Positions 1 through 10,633 of a stretch of DNA of 64,000 bases are shown piece after piece. This DNA is from an uncultured delta proteobacterium (GTDB taxonomy: Bacteria; Desulfobacterota; BSN033; UBA1163): the NCBI GenBank assembly GCA_963708295.1, contig CAVPSJ010000014.1, positions 128,001-192,000 on the forward strand. Reading direction: 5' to 3'. The first letter of the stretch is position 1, and each line of letters begins with the position of its first letter. A program made the position numbers and the translations under genes. The notes under the pieces were generated by a model that was not told the DNA's origin, made no database searches, and saw only the letters and a list, made by a program, of their open reading frames with translations.

Positions 1-913
1 TGGAAGTCTCACCTGAGTAATGTTCGCCGAGTGCGCCCGGATTAGGCAGTACCGCTTTGAGGAATTGAAGAGGCACAATTTCTTTGCCTTCATACAGGAC
101 AGGTTTAATACTGGCCATTCCGATATTTTGAATCACACGCAAATGGGTTAAATATTCCTGTCCGAACGTCATCCAGAATCGAGCTCGTTTCAGGGTCGAA
201 AAATGTTTGACCAGTGATTCTAATTCTTCGTGGTAAATCAGATAAGACTCCCGGGGCCCGATATTCGGATAATTCAACGGCTTGTGGATTTCGTGGGGTT
301 CCGTCTCAATCCATTTTCCATTCTCCCAGTATTTCCCTTTTTGGGTGACTTCACGAATATTGATTTCCGGGTTGAAGTTGGTTGCAAAGGGTTTTCCGTG
401 GTCGCCTGCATTACAGTCAACGATATCCAGACAATGAATTTCGTCAAAATGATGTTTAGAGGCATAGGCGGTGAAAACTCCTGTCACCCCCGGATCGAAA
501 CCGCAGCCTAAAATCGCCGTGAGTCCTGCCTTTTTGAACCTGTCGTGGTAGGCCCATTGCCATTTATATTCGAATTTGGCGACATCGGGTGGCTCATAAT
601 TTGCGGTATCCAGATAACTCACTCCCGTTTCCAGGCAGGCATCCATGATCGTTAAGTCTTGATAAGGGAGCGCAACGTTGATAACCAGTTCCGGTTTGAA
701 ATTCTTAAACAATGTAACGAGCTGGCCGACGTTATCCGCATCCACCTGAGCGGTCTTAATCTTACCGGCGCCAATGGCCTTGGCAATGGCATCACACTTT
801 GATTTTGTGCGGCTTGCCAGCAGAATGTCCGTAAACACCTGCGGGACCTTCGCCACTTTATGGGCCACGACGGTCCCCACACCTCCTGCCCCGATCATCA
901 ATACTTTAGCCAT
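1..913 (-). CDS. Saccharopine dehydrogenase-family protein, probably carboxynorspermidine/carboxyspermidine dehydrogenase (runs off the window edge)
   Basis: Not in the ORF track; translated by hand from ATG at 913: MAKVLMIGAGGVGTVVAHK...VINVALPYQDLTIMDACLETGVSYLDTANYEP...GCGFDPGVT, which are motifs typical of this family. Confidence 0.85.
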   Translation of the reverse strand, partial: MAKVLMIGAGGVGTVVAHKVAKVPQVFTDILLASRTKSKCDAIAKAIGAGKIKTAQVDADNVGQLVTLFKNFKPELVINVALPYQDLTIMDACLETGVSYLDTANYEPPDVAKFEYKWQWAYHDRFKKAGLTAILGCGFDPGVTGVFTAYASKHHFDEIHCLDIVDCNAGDHGKPFATNFNPEINIREVTQKGKYWENGKWIETEPHEIHKPLNYPNIGPRESYLIYHEELESLVKHFSTLKRARFWMTFGQEYLTHLRVIQNIGMASIKPVLYEGKEIVPLQFLKAVLPNPGALGEHYSGETS

Positions 914-988
914 GGTCGATCACCGCCTGCTCCACTTCTCCGAGAGAACAGTATAAGAAGAATTTAGTTTAATAAAATAAACGAAAAA

Positions 989-1016
989 ATTATAACGCCC
1001 TTTTTTGCTTTGTCAA
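989..1016 (-). promoter_or_regulatory. Sigma70-type promoter for the gene at <1..913
   Basis: Minus strand TTGACA-N16-TATAAT. Confidence 0.65.
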
Positions 1017-1075
1017 GCACTTTTTGTGAAGCAATGTTTCGAGGGTGTTCCCCTCACTCTCTGTCGTTGCAAATT

Positions 1076-1231
1076 CCCATCCCCCTCCTAACCTCCCCCT
1101 TGAAGGGGGAGGAGAAAGTGTTTCGCCTTCCTTGTAGTGGGAAGAGAATAGCGATTTCCGTTCATTTCACGGGAAGGGAGTTTTTCTACCTCACCCTCCC
1201 CTTCAGGGGGAGGGAAAGGGTGGGGGTGGGG
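1076..1231. repeat. REP/MITE-like palindromic element, family A copy 1
   Basis: CCCATCCCCCTCCTAACCTCCCCCTTGAAGGGGGAGG...CCCTCCCCTTCAGGGGGAGGGAAAGGGTGGGGGTGGGG; similar copies at 4606 and 52098. Confidence 0.8.
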
Positions 1232-1381
1232 TGTGACAGAGCAATAATTGGGACACAGTTTCCCGGGCGGAGGGAGGACGGCTGCGGGCGCAAGCAAGGG
1301 AAGGGAATGAGGAGATGCAGGCTCCGGATCTTACGTCTTTACAGGGGGTTGCTTTTGAGTTAATTTTTCTGAGAGGGATTT

Positions 1382-4197
1382 ATGGAAAAGATCATCATTC
1401 GGGGCGCGAAGGTCCATAACTTAAAGAATATCGACGTGGAGATTCCCCGGAACTGTTTGGTGGTGATCACCGGGCTGAGCGGGTCCGGCAAGTCCACCCT
1501 CGCGTTTGATACCCTGTATGCCGAAGGACAAAGAAGGTATGTGGAGTCCCTCTCCGCCTATGCGCGGCAGTTTCTGGAGCAGATGGAGAGGGCCAACGTT
1601 GAGTCCATTGAAGGTCTTTCTCCTGCGATCGCTATCGATCAAAGGGGGATGTCAAGAAACCCGCGCTCGACGGTGGGTACGGTGACGGAGATCTATGATT
1701 ATCTCCGGCTCCTCTTTGCGAGGGTCGGAGAGCCTTTCTGCCCCCATTGCGGCTCTCCCATTTCGTCACAAACCCTTCAGCAGATGACGGAGACCCTTCT
1801 CCGCCTTCCCAAAGGGACATCCCTTACCATCCTTTCCCCCATCGTCAGGGATAAGAAAGGGGAATACCGGAAGGAGCTGGAGAATCTCCGCGGGGACGGT
1901 TTTGTAAGGGTGAGAATTGACGGGCAGATGAGAGACCTCAGCGAAGAAATCCGTTTGGATAAGAATAAGCGCCACGAGATCGACGTCGTGGTGGATCGTC
2001 TGGCGGTCAAGGAAGGGGCCGAAAAGAGAATCAACGATTCCCTGGAGATCGCTTCGCACCTTTCAGAAGGAATTGTAAAAGTGGAGCGGGAGGGATCCGC
2101 TCCCATCGTCTTCAGCCAGAAATTCTCCTGCATCCATTGCGGATTCAGTTTTCCCGAGATCACACCGCGGATGTTCTCTTTCAACAGTCCCCAGGGCGCC
2201 TGTTCCGGCTGCGGCGGATTGGGAACAAAGCGCTATTTTGACCCCGGGCTCATCGTTCCGAATCCCTCTCTCTCGTTGAACGAAGGTGCGATTCTTCCGT
2301 GGAAGGAGAGAGAAGAGGCTTTTCTAAGACCGATCCTGGAAGGATTGGCGAAACAGTATCGTTTCGACCCCGATGCTCCGTTTAATCGGTTGTCCAAATC
2401 CGTTCAGCATCTTCTCCTCTATGGGTCCGGAGGAGAAAAAATTTCCTTCAAGGTGAAGGGAAAGAAGAAGGCCCAACTCTTCCGGCAGGAGTTTGAGGGA
2501 GTGATTCCGGAAATGGAAAGGAGATCGAAAGAGCAGGAAGAGGACGATGAGGATTCCGAGGAATATAGGAATGTGGCCCCCTGTCCCGATTGCGGGGGGG
2601 CGCGACTGAAAAAGGAAGTGCTTTCCGTCAAGGTGGGTGGAAAGTCGATTGCCGAAGTCACCCATCTCTATGTTAAGGAGGCGTTGGATTTCTTAAAGCG
2701 TTTGGAGTTATCCCCGAGGTCTCAAAGAATTGCCCAAGGAATCCTGAAAGAGATCGAAGAGCGGTTGAGGTTTATGATGGAGGTCGGCCTGGATTATCTT
2801 ACCCTTGACCGGACGGCTGCCACCCTCTCCGGGGGCGAGTCTCAACGCATCCGTCTGGCGACCCAGATCGGGTCGAGTCTGGTGGGGGTGCTCTACATTC
2901 TGGATGAGCCCAGCATCGGGCTTCATCAAAGGGACCACCTGCGCCTTCTGGGGACGTTGAAACGATTAAGAGATCTGGGGAATACCGTTATCGTTGTCGA
3001 ACATGACGAGGAGACGATTCGATCCGCCGATTATATCATTGATATGGGACCCGGACCCGGGGAGAGGGGGGTGAAGTGGTCTTCACGGGATCTCCCGAGA
3101 CCCTGGTGAAGGCAGAGCATTCGTTGACCGGTCAATATCTTTCCGGGAAAAGATTCATCCCTCTCCCGACACAGAGAAGACCTGTGGCGGGGAAGTATCT
3201 CGTCCTCCATGGGGCCAACGCGAATAATCTGAAGAACATTGATGTGAAGATTCCCGTGGGGGTGTTCACCTGCGTCACGGGCGTTTCAGGGTCGGGTAAA
3301 TCCACCTTGATTATCGATACGCTCTATTGCCTGCTGGCACAGCAGCTTTATCGCCTTTCCCAGCGTTGTGTCTCCGTTCAGGGGATGGAAGGGCTGGAGC
3401 ACGTGGATAAGGTGATCCACGTGGATCAAATGCCGATCGGGAGAACCCCCCGATCCAACCCGGCAACCTATACCGGTGTGTTCCAGCCCATTCGGGAGCT
3501 CTTCGCCCAGCTTCCCGAATCGAGGATGAGAGGGTTTATGCCGGGTCGCTTCAGCTTTAACGTGTCCGGAGGACGGTGCGAAACGTGCCGCGGGGACGGC
3601 GTCTTGAAGGTAGAGATGCAATTCCTTCCGGATGTATACGTGACCTGTGAGGAATGTCATGGAAAACGGTACAACCGGGAGACGCTGGAGATCCGGTATA
3701 AAGGAAAAACCATTTCTGAAGTACTGGAGATGACGGCAGAAGAGGCGGATGATTTTTTCCAGGCAATCCCTGCGATCCGCCAAAAACTCCGGACCCTCTG
3801 CGATGTCGGCCTCGGATACCTCAAGTTAGGCCAGCCCGCCACAACACTCTCGGGCGGAGAGGCCCAGAGGATTAAGCTGGCAAGGGAATTGAGCAAAAGG
3901 GAGACGGGGAGGAGCGTCTACATTCTAGATGAACCCACGACGGGCCTCCATTTTGCGGATATTCAGAGATTGCTCGACGTCCTCAACCGGCTTACAGACC
4001 GGGGGAACACGGTCATTGTGATCGAACACAATATGGAAGTGATCAAGTCCGCCGATTATATTATTGACCTGGGCCCGGAAGGTGGCGAAAATGGGGGAGA
4101 GGTTATCGGAAGCGGAACGCCGGAGGAATTGATTCGAAATCCGCTCTCTTTTACGGGACAATATTTGAAAAAGAAAATGGCCAGAGATTTTACATAA
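1382..4197 (+). CDS. uvrA: Excinuclease ABC subunit A, split by a 1-nt frameshift in a G run near 3065-3071 (probably an assembly error)
   Basis: [22 protein letters not shown], Zn fingers, [16 protein letters not shown]; second ORF has [31 protein letters not shown]; one added G joins the frames as [13 protein letters not shown]. Confidence 0.95.
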
Positions 4198-4211
4198 GGG
4201 GGGAGGACGCC

Positions 4212-4538
4212 ATGGAAGAGAAAGGAAGATCAAGCACAGGACTCGACGAGAACGTCGCCGGGTTCTTCTGTTATCTCCTCGGATTCATCACGGGGATTGT
4301 CTTTTTGGTGGTGGAGAAGGAGAGCCGTTTCGTAAAGTTTCATGCGAAGCAATCGACCATCACATTCCTCGGTCTTTTCGTCGTGATGCTCATCTTCGGA
4401 TGGATTCCTGTCCTGAGCATCCTGGTCTTTATTTTCACCCTAATCCTGTGGCTTATCCTTATGGTCAAAGCCCTGCGGGGAGAGAAATACATGTTGCCCG
4501 TCGTTGGGAAGTTGGTCGAGGAAAAGACAGGGCAGTAA
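4212..4538 (+). CDS. DUF4870-type small membrane protein
   Basis: TGLDENVAG..CYLLG.ITGIVFL..EK..FVKFHAKQS pattern, three hydrophobic segments, GGAGG RBS. Confidence 0.8.
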   Translation: MEEKGRSSTGLDENVAGFFCYLLGFITGIVFLVVEKESRFVKFHAKQSTITFLGLFVVMLIFGWIPVLSILVFIFTLILWLILMVKALRGEKYMLPVVGKLVEEKTGQ

Positions 4539-4605
4539 ACCTGCATGTTGCATTGGAAAGGGCGGTTAGGTGTGCTTTCAGACCTTTACCAATTAACGCG
4601 CCCAG

Positions 4606-4723
4606 CCCATCCCCCTCCCAACCTCCCCCTTGAAGGAGGAGGGGAATAGAACTTCCCCCTTCAGGGGAGAGGAACATGACGATTTCCCTCCCTCTCAGGG
4701 GGAGGGATAGGGTGGGGGTGGGG
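4606..4723. repeat. REP/MITE-like palindromic element, family A copy 2
   Basis: CCCATCCCCCTCCCAACCTCCCCCTTGAAGGAGGAGG...GGGGGAGGGATAGGGTGGGGGTGGGG. Confidence 0.8.
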
Positions 4724-4794
4724 CAATCAGATGTTCATTCAATTGTGGAGTCATTGGTAGGTAAGGGCAGCAGAAGTCAAACAAGGATTCCCGC

Positions 4795-5439
4795 ATGAAG
4801 CGAAAGTCTCAGAAAAAAGGACAGAAAAAAAGTCGGAAGAAAGGCGGTGCAGGAAAGGCTCTGTTTTTTCTCATCGTCATCGGCCTCGCTTTATTTCTGG
4901 CGTACCAGTTTCGCAGGGAAATATTAAAATCGTTGGAACCTTTCCTGGAAAAAACACCGGAGAAAAGACTGGAGAGGAGGGCGGAGAAGGAACCGAAGAA
5001 AAAAACCGCCCGGCAGGAGAGAAAGATCGTCACCCTTTATTTTTCCGGAGAGGAAGAGGAATATCTGACGGGTGAAAGAAGGGAGATTTTAAACAAAGAG
5101 GATGCCCAGGAGGAAGCGAAGGAGGTCATCCACGAGCTGATCAAAGGACCGAAGGGGAAACTGATCCGAACCCTTCCCCCCCGAACAAAGTTGCTGGGCC
5201 TTCGAATCGATGAGAAGGGGTTGGCCAAGGTTAATTTCGACAAGGCTCTTTCCAGAGATCATCCCGGGGGAAGTTCGGCGGAGATCATGACGGTTTATTC
5301 GATTGTCAATTCCCTCGCCTTCAATTTTCCACAGATCAAAGAGGTTCAAATCCTCATCGAGGGGAGAGTTGAGGGTATCACTGGCCACCTTGTTTTGGAT
5401 CGTCCCATCTCTTCGAAGGCCGACCTGATTAAGAAATAG
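4795..5439 (+). CDS. GerMN domain membrane-anchored protein
   Basis: Basic N-terminus and TM helix; VTLYF, LIKGP, GGSSAEIMTVYSIVNSL, VQILIEG motifs. Confidence 0.85.
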   Translation: MKRKSQKKGQKKSRKKGGAGKALFFLIVIGLALFLAYQFRREILKSLEPFLEKTPEKRLERRAEKEPKKKTARQERKIVTLYFSGEEEEYLTGERREILNKEDAQEEAKEVIHELIKGPKGKLIRTLPPRTKLLGLRIDEKGLAKVNFDKALSRDHPGGSSAEIMTVYSIVNSLAFNFPQIKEVQILIEGRVEGITGHLVLDRPISSKADLIKK

Positions 5440-5707
5440 CAAAAGGAATAGGAATGGATACGTTCGACGGCGCCAACCCCGATTTTAGAATCCGGGTTTG
5501 GCGCCGCTTCCATCGACAAGCCTTTCGGCAGGCCTCTCGTCAAGCTCGAGGCCATGAGTGTATCGAGTGGCTCACCATCCCGAGCGGAGTCGAGGGACAG
5601 ACCGGTGTGTCGAATGGGTTGATTTAATAAGAGATTGATGATATTCTTAAGACGCTGGAATGTCGAAGGTTTTCATTCTTCTTAGCATTCCATGCGCTAG
5701 GGATCCT

Positions 5708-6988
5708 ATGCTTGAAGCTAAATATATTCGTGAACATCTCGACGAGGTCCGGGGAAGACTGGCCTTAAGAGGCCAAACGATCGATCTGGACCGGTTTGTG
5801 CTGATTGACGGGGAGCGGAGAAAAACAATCCAGGAGTGGGAAAGATTGAGGGCCCTCCAGAAGAAAGTCTCTGATGAGGTGAGCAGGAAGAAAAAGGAAG
5901 GCCAGGCCGCCTCTGGGTTAATTGAGGAAATGAAGAAGGTCTCCCAAGAATTGAAAGGGTTGGACTCAATTGTCGAAGAGAAGGAGAAAGCTCTGCAGGA
6001 TTTTCTCCTCGTTGTTCCGAACCTTCCCCATTCATCTGTTCCCGAAGGAAAGGATTCGTCGGACAATGTGGAGGTCAAACGATGGGGGGAGATCCCAAAA
6101 TTCGACTTTGAACCCAAACCGCACTGGGATTTAGGAGAGGAGCTGGGGATCCTTGATTTCAAGAACGGAGCGAAGATTACCGGAGCACGTTTCACTCTCT
6201 ACTGGGATCTCGGTGCAAAACTGGAAAGAGCGCTGATCAATTTTATGCTCGATCTCCACACGCGGGAGCATGGGTATCGTGAAGTGCTTCCTCCGTTTAT
6301 GGTCAACCGGACAACGATGACAGGCACCGGGCAGCTCCCGAAGTTTGAAGAAGAGCTTTTTAAGGTGGAGGGGACGGATTACTTTCTAATCCCGACTGCG
6401 GAAGTACCGGTGACGAACATCCATCAGGATGACGTTCTTGAAGAGAAGATGCTTCCTCTTTGCTATACCGCCTATACCCCTTGCTTCAGGAAAGAGGCCG
6501 GATCTTACGGAAAAGACACGCGGGGGCTGATTCGGCAGCACCAGTTCAACAAGGTAGAGCTGGTAAAGTTCACAACGCCCGAAAGCTCATACGGGGAACT
6601 GGAGAAATTGCTCTCCAATGCCGAAGAGGTTTTGAAAAGGTTGAAACTTGCCTACAGGGTTGTTAATCTTTGTACCGGGGATTTAGGGTTTTCGGCCGCG
6701 AAGACTTATGACATTGAAGTGTGGCTCCCTGGCCAGAATACATATAAGGAGATTTCCTCCTGCAGCAACTTTGAGGATTTTCAAGCCAGAAGGGCAAAGA
6801 TTCGATACCGTATTGCTGGAAAGAATAAAACAGAGTTCGTCCATACCCTCAACGGCTCCGGACTGGCCGTTGGGAGGACCCTGGTGGCAATTCTAGAAAA
6901 CTATCAGCAGGCGGATGGGAGCGTCATCATCCCTGAAGCTTTACGGCCTTATTTATACGGAGTGGAAAAGATAGAAAAAAAGAAATGA
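5708..6988 (+). CDS. serS: Seryl-tRNA synthetase
   Basis: [66 protein letters not shown]; ATG at 5708. Confidence 0.97.
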   Translation: MLEAKYIREHLDEVRGRLALRGQTIDLDRFVLIDGERRKTIQEWERLRALQKKVSDEVSRKKKEGQAASGLIEEMKKVSQELKGLDSIVEEKEKALQDFLLVVPNLPHSSVPEGKDSSDNVEVKRWGEIPKFDFEPKPHWDLGEELGILDFKNGAKITGARFTLYWDLGAKLERALINFMLDLHTREHGYREVLPPFMVNRTTMTGTGQLPKFEEELFKVEGTDYFLIPTAEVPVTNIHQDDVLEEKMLPLCYTAYTPCFRKEAGSYGKDTRGLIRQHQFNKVELVKFTTPESSYGELEKLLSNAEEVLKRLKLAYRVVNLCTGDLGFSAAKTYDIEVWLPGQNTYKEISSCSNFEDFQARRAKIRYRIAGKNKTEFVHTLNGSGLAVGRTLVAILENYQQADGSVIIPEALRPYLYGVEKIEKKK

Positions 6989-7039
6989 TTTTTAAAGCGC
7001 TCTGCTCCGAGCGCTATGCGCTTTGCGTTGAGTCGAAAC

Positions 7040-7126
7040 GGAGGGATGGCCGAGTGGTTTAAGGCGGCGGTCTTGAAAACCGCTTCTCTGAAAGGGACGT
7101 GGGTTCGAATCCTACTCCCTCCGCCA
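7040..7126 (+). tRNA. tRNA-Ser(UGA)
   Basis: GGAGGGATGGCCGAGTGG...GCGGTCTTGAAAACCGC...GTTCGAATCC...CCGCCA, with long variable arm. Confidence 0.95.
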
Positions 7127-7220
7127 TGTACTTTCGACCGAGCACATCCCTCTCTCTCGGCGGAAGCCGATCAGAGAGTGATATAGATATAGAGAGTGGA
7201 CAGATCAGGCAAGTCGGTGT

Positions 7221-7313
7221 GGAGAGATGCCCGAGAGGCCGAAGGGGCTCGCCTGCTAAGCGAGTATCCCCCTTAAAAGGGGATCGAGGGTTCGAATCCC
7301 TCTCTCTCCGCCA
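7221..7313 (+). tRNA. tRNA-Ser(GCU)
   Basis: GGAGAGATGCCCGAGAGG...CTCGCCTGCTAAGCGAG...GGTTCGAATCCCTCTCTCTCCGCCA. Confidence 0.95.
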
Positions 7314-7342
7314 TGGACTTTGCAATGTGAATAATTGGAATA

Positions 7343-7446
7343 AGGGATGAGAACCCTTCCCCGACCTCGGGAGGGGAATTGGTTCGGCGACCCGGAGGGG
7401 AGGCGGAAGGAGCGGAGCGGATGAGCACATCCCTCTCTCTCCGCCA
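7343..7446 (+). repeat. RtT-like tRNA-linked repeat ending in a copy of the tRNA-Ser(GCU) 3' end
   Basis: GGATGAGAA...GGTTCG..GACCCGGAGGG...GAGCACATCCCTCTCTCTCCGCCA; partial copies at ~7133-7162 and ~7528-7552. Confidence 0.6.
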
Positions 7447-7614
7447 TGCACCACGTGGGGTGCATGGCAGCCCTGAACTCCACGTAGTTCAGGGCGCCAT
7501 TGCTAAATACAGCAATATTTTTGGAAGAGGGGATGAGAACCTTCCGCGACCTTTGTCAACTTGTCGTGTCGTCTAAAATATTTTGGACTTGACGTGACAA
7601 CAAGGAAGAAATTT

Positions 7615-7947
7615 ATGAAAAGGCTAAAATATGGAATTGTGTTTTTTTCGCTTTTTGCGTTTTTGTTCGTTGTCAGCTTAGAGACTGCTTTCGCTCAACA
7701 GATGTCTACATTTGAGGGAAGCGTTGCCGGCATAACTACTAAATTTAAAAAAGGGATTATCAGCGTCAAAGGGAATAAGGGAGAGATTGTAAATTTTGCC
7801 GTTGGCATTCGGACTGTCTATGTTCCTTCGCGTTATCCCGGTGTCGGTGAAAGGGTGAAAATCACTTATTCCCTTGAGAGGGGTCAAAACGCAGCTTATA
7901 CGGTTGAAATCCTTGCTACGCCTGCAGCTCCCCCTCCAAAAAAGTAG
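7615..7947 (+). CDS. Small exported hypothetical protein (signal peptide, beta-rich/OB-fold-like)
   Basis: MKRLKYGIVFF...AFA signal peptide, AAGGA RBS, GERVKITY. Confidence 0.7.
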   Translation: MKRLKYGIVFFSLFAFLFVVSLETAFAQQMSTFEGSVAGITTKFKKGIISVKGNKGEIVNFAVGIRTVYVPSRYPGVGERVKITYSLERGQNAAYTVEILATPAAPPPKK

Positions 7948-7962
7948 ATGACAGTAAGGGAA

Positions 7963-8039
7963 GCGCCCATAGCTCAGATGGATAGAGCGTCGGACTACGA
8001 ATCCGCAGGTCGCCCGTTCGAGTCGGGCTGGGCGCGCCA
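7963..8039 (+). tRNA. tRNA-Arg(ACG)
   Basis: GCGCCCATAGCTCAGATGGATAGAGCGTCGGACTACGAATCCG...GTTCGAGTC...GGGCGCGCCA. Confidence 0.95.
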
Positions 8040-8048
8040 ATTAAGACA

Positions 8049-8082
8049 ATGGGTTAGGCAATGTAGCCTAACCCATTTTTTT
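8049..8082 (+). terminator. Intrinsic terminator after tRNA-Arg
   Basis: ATGGGTTAGGC-aatgta-GCCTAACCCAT followed by a T tract. Confidence 0.8.
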
Positions 8083-8519
8083 GTTGTTTATACCCTATTT
8101 ATACCCATTTCTACAATTTATCCCTGCTCGGATGGCTGGCAATAAACATGAGACGGCATTATCATCTTGCCCTGGATCCGGTGTCTTTGCCCAACTCTTT
8201 GCTGATTGCCCACGACCCGTCTACTTCACTTAATTTCTTCGAGTCGCAGTCATCTCCTAAAGCTGACGCATAAATTTTCCATGGGGAGAACCAGGGTTAG
8301 GATATAGAGCGGTTAGCGCGCCCTTAAACATAGTCCCTCTTTCCCGCTAGCTGTCATGGGGAGGAGTATTCTTCCGGCCTTCAGAGTTAACAGCGGATGG
8401 CTTCCGTTTCAATAGAGCTTATTGGAAACAGGGTTTTAATCGAGAATTAGGAACAGGATTGATAAGTTCCTTAATGAAAAAGTTGACAAAAAAGTCATTA
8501 AATTTTACAAATCGGCAAC

Positions 8520-9017
8520 TTGAATATCCTGGAGGCTCAATTGTCCAAGTTGAAAATAGATATTCCCGGTTGGGGGAGCGCTGATATCGAAAATATTGTC
8601 ATTGACCTTAACGGAACCCTTGCTACCGATGGAAAGATTCCCCTCGAACTAAGAGAAAAGATCGGCGCTCTCTCTGATCTAGCCAAAATTTATATTTTAA
8701 CAGCCGATCCTCAGAGGCCTGCCAATGAAGAAATCTTGGGTATGAAAGCAGAGTTGATAAAGGTACTGGGGGAGGACAGCAAACAAGGGAAACTTGATTT
8801 TTTAAGAACCCTCAACCCTGAAATGACGGTCGCCATAGGAAATGGGAGCAATGATCAACTCATCCTGAAAGAAGCCGCCTTGGGGATAGCAGTTTTAGGG
8901 GAGGAAGGGGTGTCGGTTTCAGCAATCAAGAGTGCGGACATCCTGGTAAAGGACATTCAGAATGCATTAGATCTCTTTTTAAAACCCAGGAGGCTCACCA
9001 CCACACTGGGAGAGTAA
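8520..9017 (+). CDS. HAD-superfamily soluble P-type-ATPase-like phosphatase
   Basis: IDIPG, DLNGTLATDG, ILTAD, AIGNGSND, EG.S..A...AD motifs. Confidence 0.8.
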   Translation: MNILEAQLSKLKIDIPGWGSADIENIVIDLNGTLATDGKIPLELREKIGALSDLAKIYILTADPQRPANEEILGMKAELIKVLGEDSKQGKLDFLRTLNPEMTVAIGNGSNDQLILKEAALGIAVLGEEGVSVSAIKSADILVKDIQNALDLFLKPRRLTTTLGE

Positions 9018-9037
9018 AAAGGATGCATGCCGCCGTC

Positions 9038-9428
9038 CTAAAGAGTCTCCACTTCCAAAAAATCCCCTTCCTTCACGGAGAGGGCTTCTTTGATATTCTG
9101 GGAGGCAATCAGCTCCATCTTATTCTCGGGGTAATCTTTGACCCTTGGAAAGACAATCGCCCCTTTTAATCGGCCATCGATGAGAACCGGATAGCATTGG
9201 GCACTGCAAAAGGAGGGGTCCTCCGGGGAAATCTCTACCCCAAGAGTTGATTTTAATTCTCGAAAGTTCTGGGAGTCTTTCGAATCGACGATTTCCAAAT
9301 TCAACGTCCCAGGACAGGGGTCGACGTTTAGTTTTTGGATAAACTGCTTCCTGACCCAGGGAACCCGAGTAAAGGTTGATCCGACCCGAAGTCCTTCGAC
9401 TATTCTTCCACGAATCCTAATTTCTCAA
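9038..9428 (-). CDS. CTP-dependent (archaeal-type) riboflavin kinase / DUF120; start region appears frameshifted
   Basis: Frame extends upstream of the track ORF: IRIRGRIVEGLRVGSTFTRVPWVRKQFIQKLNVDPCPGTLNLE...YPENKMELIASQNIKEALSVKEGD. Confidence 0.75.
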
Positions 9429-9468
9429 TCCTTTCTTTCTAAAGACCCTGTCCCATGAAGCGCCCCGT

Positions 9469-9756
9469 TCAGCGAGGATTACACGAAAGATCAGCGATCA
9501 TGCTTTTTAGCTTTGTTAGCACCCCATCCTCCTTCTTCAAGATTTTTTCTGAAGATTGAAGGATCTTTTCCAGAACATTATTGTAATCTTCGAGAAAGTC
9601 TCTTTTTACCTCTGCAGGAAGATTCCGATACATTTTCTCTATATTTCCTACCCAATTGGGCAGAGTAGAGATATCGGCATCTTTTCTTTCATGGAGATAT
9701 CCCTCGAGACAACCCACTTTCGCTGAAAAGTTAAAAAGGTCTCTATTCAAACCCAT
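9469..9756 (-). CDS. Hypothetical protein
   Basis: 95-aa ORF with GGGGAGG RBS, in operon between HAD and DUF120 genes. Confidence 0.7.
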   Translation of the reverse strand: MGLNRDLFNFSAKVGCLEGYLHERKDADISTLPNWVGNIEKMYRNLPAEVKRDFLEDYNNVLEKILQSSEKILKKEDGVLTKLKSMIADLSCNPR

Positions 9757-9777
9757 GTCCTTACCTCCCCAGCCCTT

Positions 9778-10488
9778 TCAAACCGAATCTCTCCCCATCC
9801 TTTCTTGCTCTTCCAAGAACAGGGTTAATTGAACAAGGTTCCTAAAAATTAGTTCTGGCTGCTCGCTCTCGGAAATGTCTAAATGATCTTCTCTCACTAA
9901 TATCGCCACAGGAATTCCTCCTGCTTTCCTGGCGGCAATCACATCATCCTCGGTGTCACCCACGATGAGGCACTTTTCAATCGGTACGTTCATCCTTTTG
10001 GCACACTCAACAATGGCGTCCGGGGCCGGTTTCCGGCTCGCAACCTCCCTCGATGTTACGATGGAATCGATAAACCTTTCAAGACCAAACCCTTTGAACC
10101 TATCCCACTCCTTCTCCGGCATGGATGTCCTTCCGGTGGCAATTCCGATTTTTATGCCTCTCTCTTTGAGATTGCCAAAAAGTTCGTTGATTCCTGGAAA
10201 AGGCTTTACCTCGCTCGCTTCAATCTTCAGGAAATGCTGCAATATCTCTCTTTTACACCTTTCGATCAGCGATTCATCGGTTGGAAGAGGGAAGAGCTTC
10301 CGGAGCAAATCCTCCAAATTTGCACCTTTCCTGAGAGATTGAATGAGAAATTGTTGCGAGACAGGTTGGAGGTCGAATTGGCTTATTCCCCTGTTAAAGG
10401 CGAAGGTAAATACAGGGAAAGTGTCGACCAGGGTGCCGTCAATATCAAATATCACCCCCTGGATCTGTTTTCCATTTACAAGAAGCAT
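9778..10488 (-). CDS. HAD-family hydrolase (phosphoglycolate-phosphatase-like)
   Basis: FDIDGTLVDT, IATG, KPAPD, VGDTEDD motifs. Confidence 0.9.
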   Translation of the reverse strand: MLLVNGKQIQGVIFDIDGTLVDTFPVFTFAFNRGISQFDLQPVSQQFLIQSLRKGANLEDLLRKLFPLPTDESLIERCKREILQHFLKIEASEVKPFPGINELFGNLKERGIKIGIATGRTSMPEKEWDRFKGFGLERFIDSIVTSREVASRKPAPDAIVECAKRMNVPIEKCLIVGDTEDDVIAARKAGGIPVAILVREDHLDISESEQPELIFRNLVQLTLFLEEQERMGRDSV

Positions 10489-10633
10489 ATGTGATCGGTC
10501 ACCTTTTCTCGGTGAACCTCAAGTAATGATCAGCCTTGTTCGTAGCACTCTTAGGACAAACAGAGCAGACGAAGTAAAATGAGTATAAAAAGGGACATCG
10601 TTTGTTTCGGGATCCCAACCCCGTCGCTCCGCC

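Noticed and set aside
1010-1363. ORFs 1010-1363 (+) and 1088-1297 (-), and similar ORFs at 4400-4677, 34487-34732, 51451-51717, 52036-52251 and 53282-53593
   Set aside because: They are translations of REP/MITE palindromes with no protein-like features
3060-3110. Programmed frameshift or genuinely split uvrA
   Set aside because: One missing G in a homopolymer restores the canonical sequence, and similar errors occur across the window
7343-7446. A fourth tRNA gene
   Set aside because: It has a tRNA 3' end but no matching 5' acceptor strand, D-arm or anticodon arm
8110-8460. Integrase remnant after tRNA-Arg
   Set aside because: No frame with tyrosine-recombinase motifs was found
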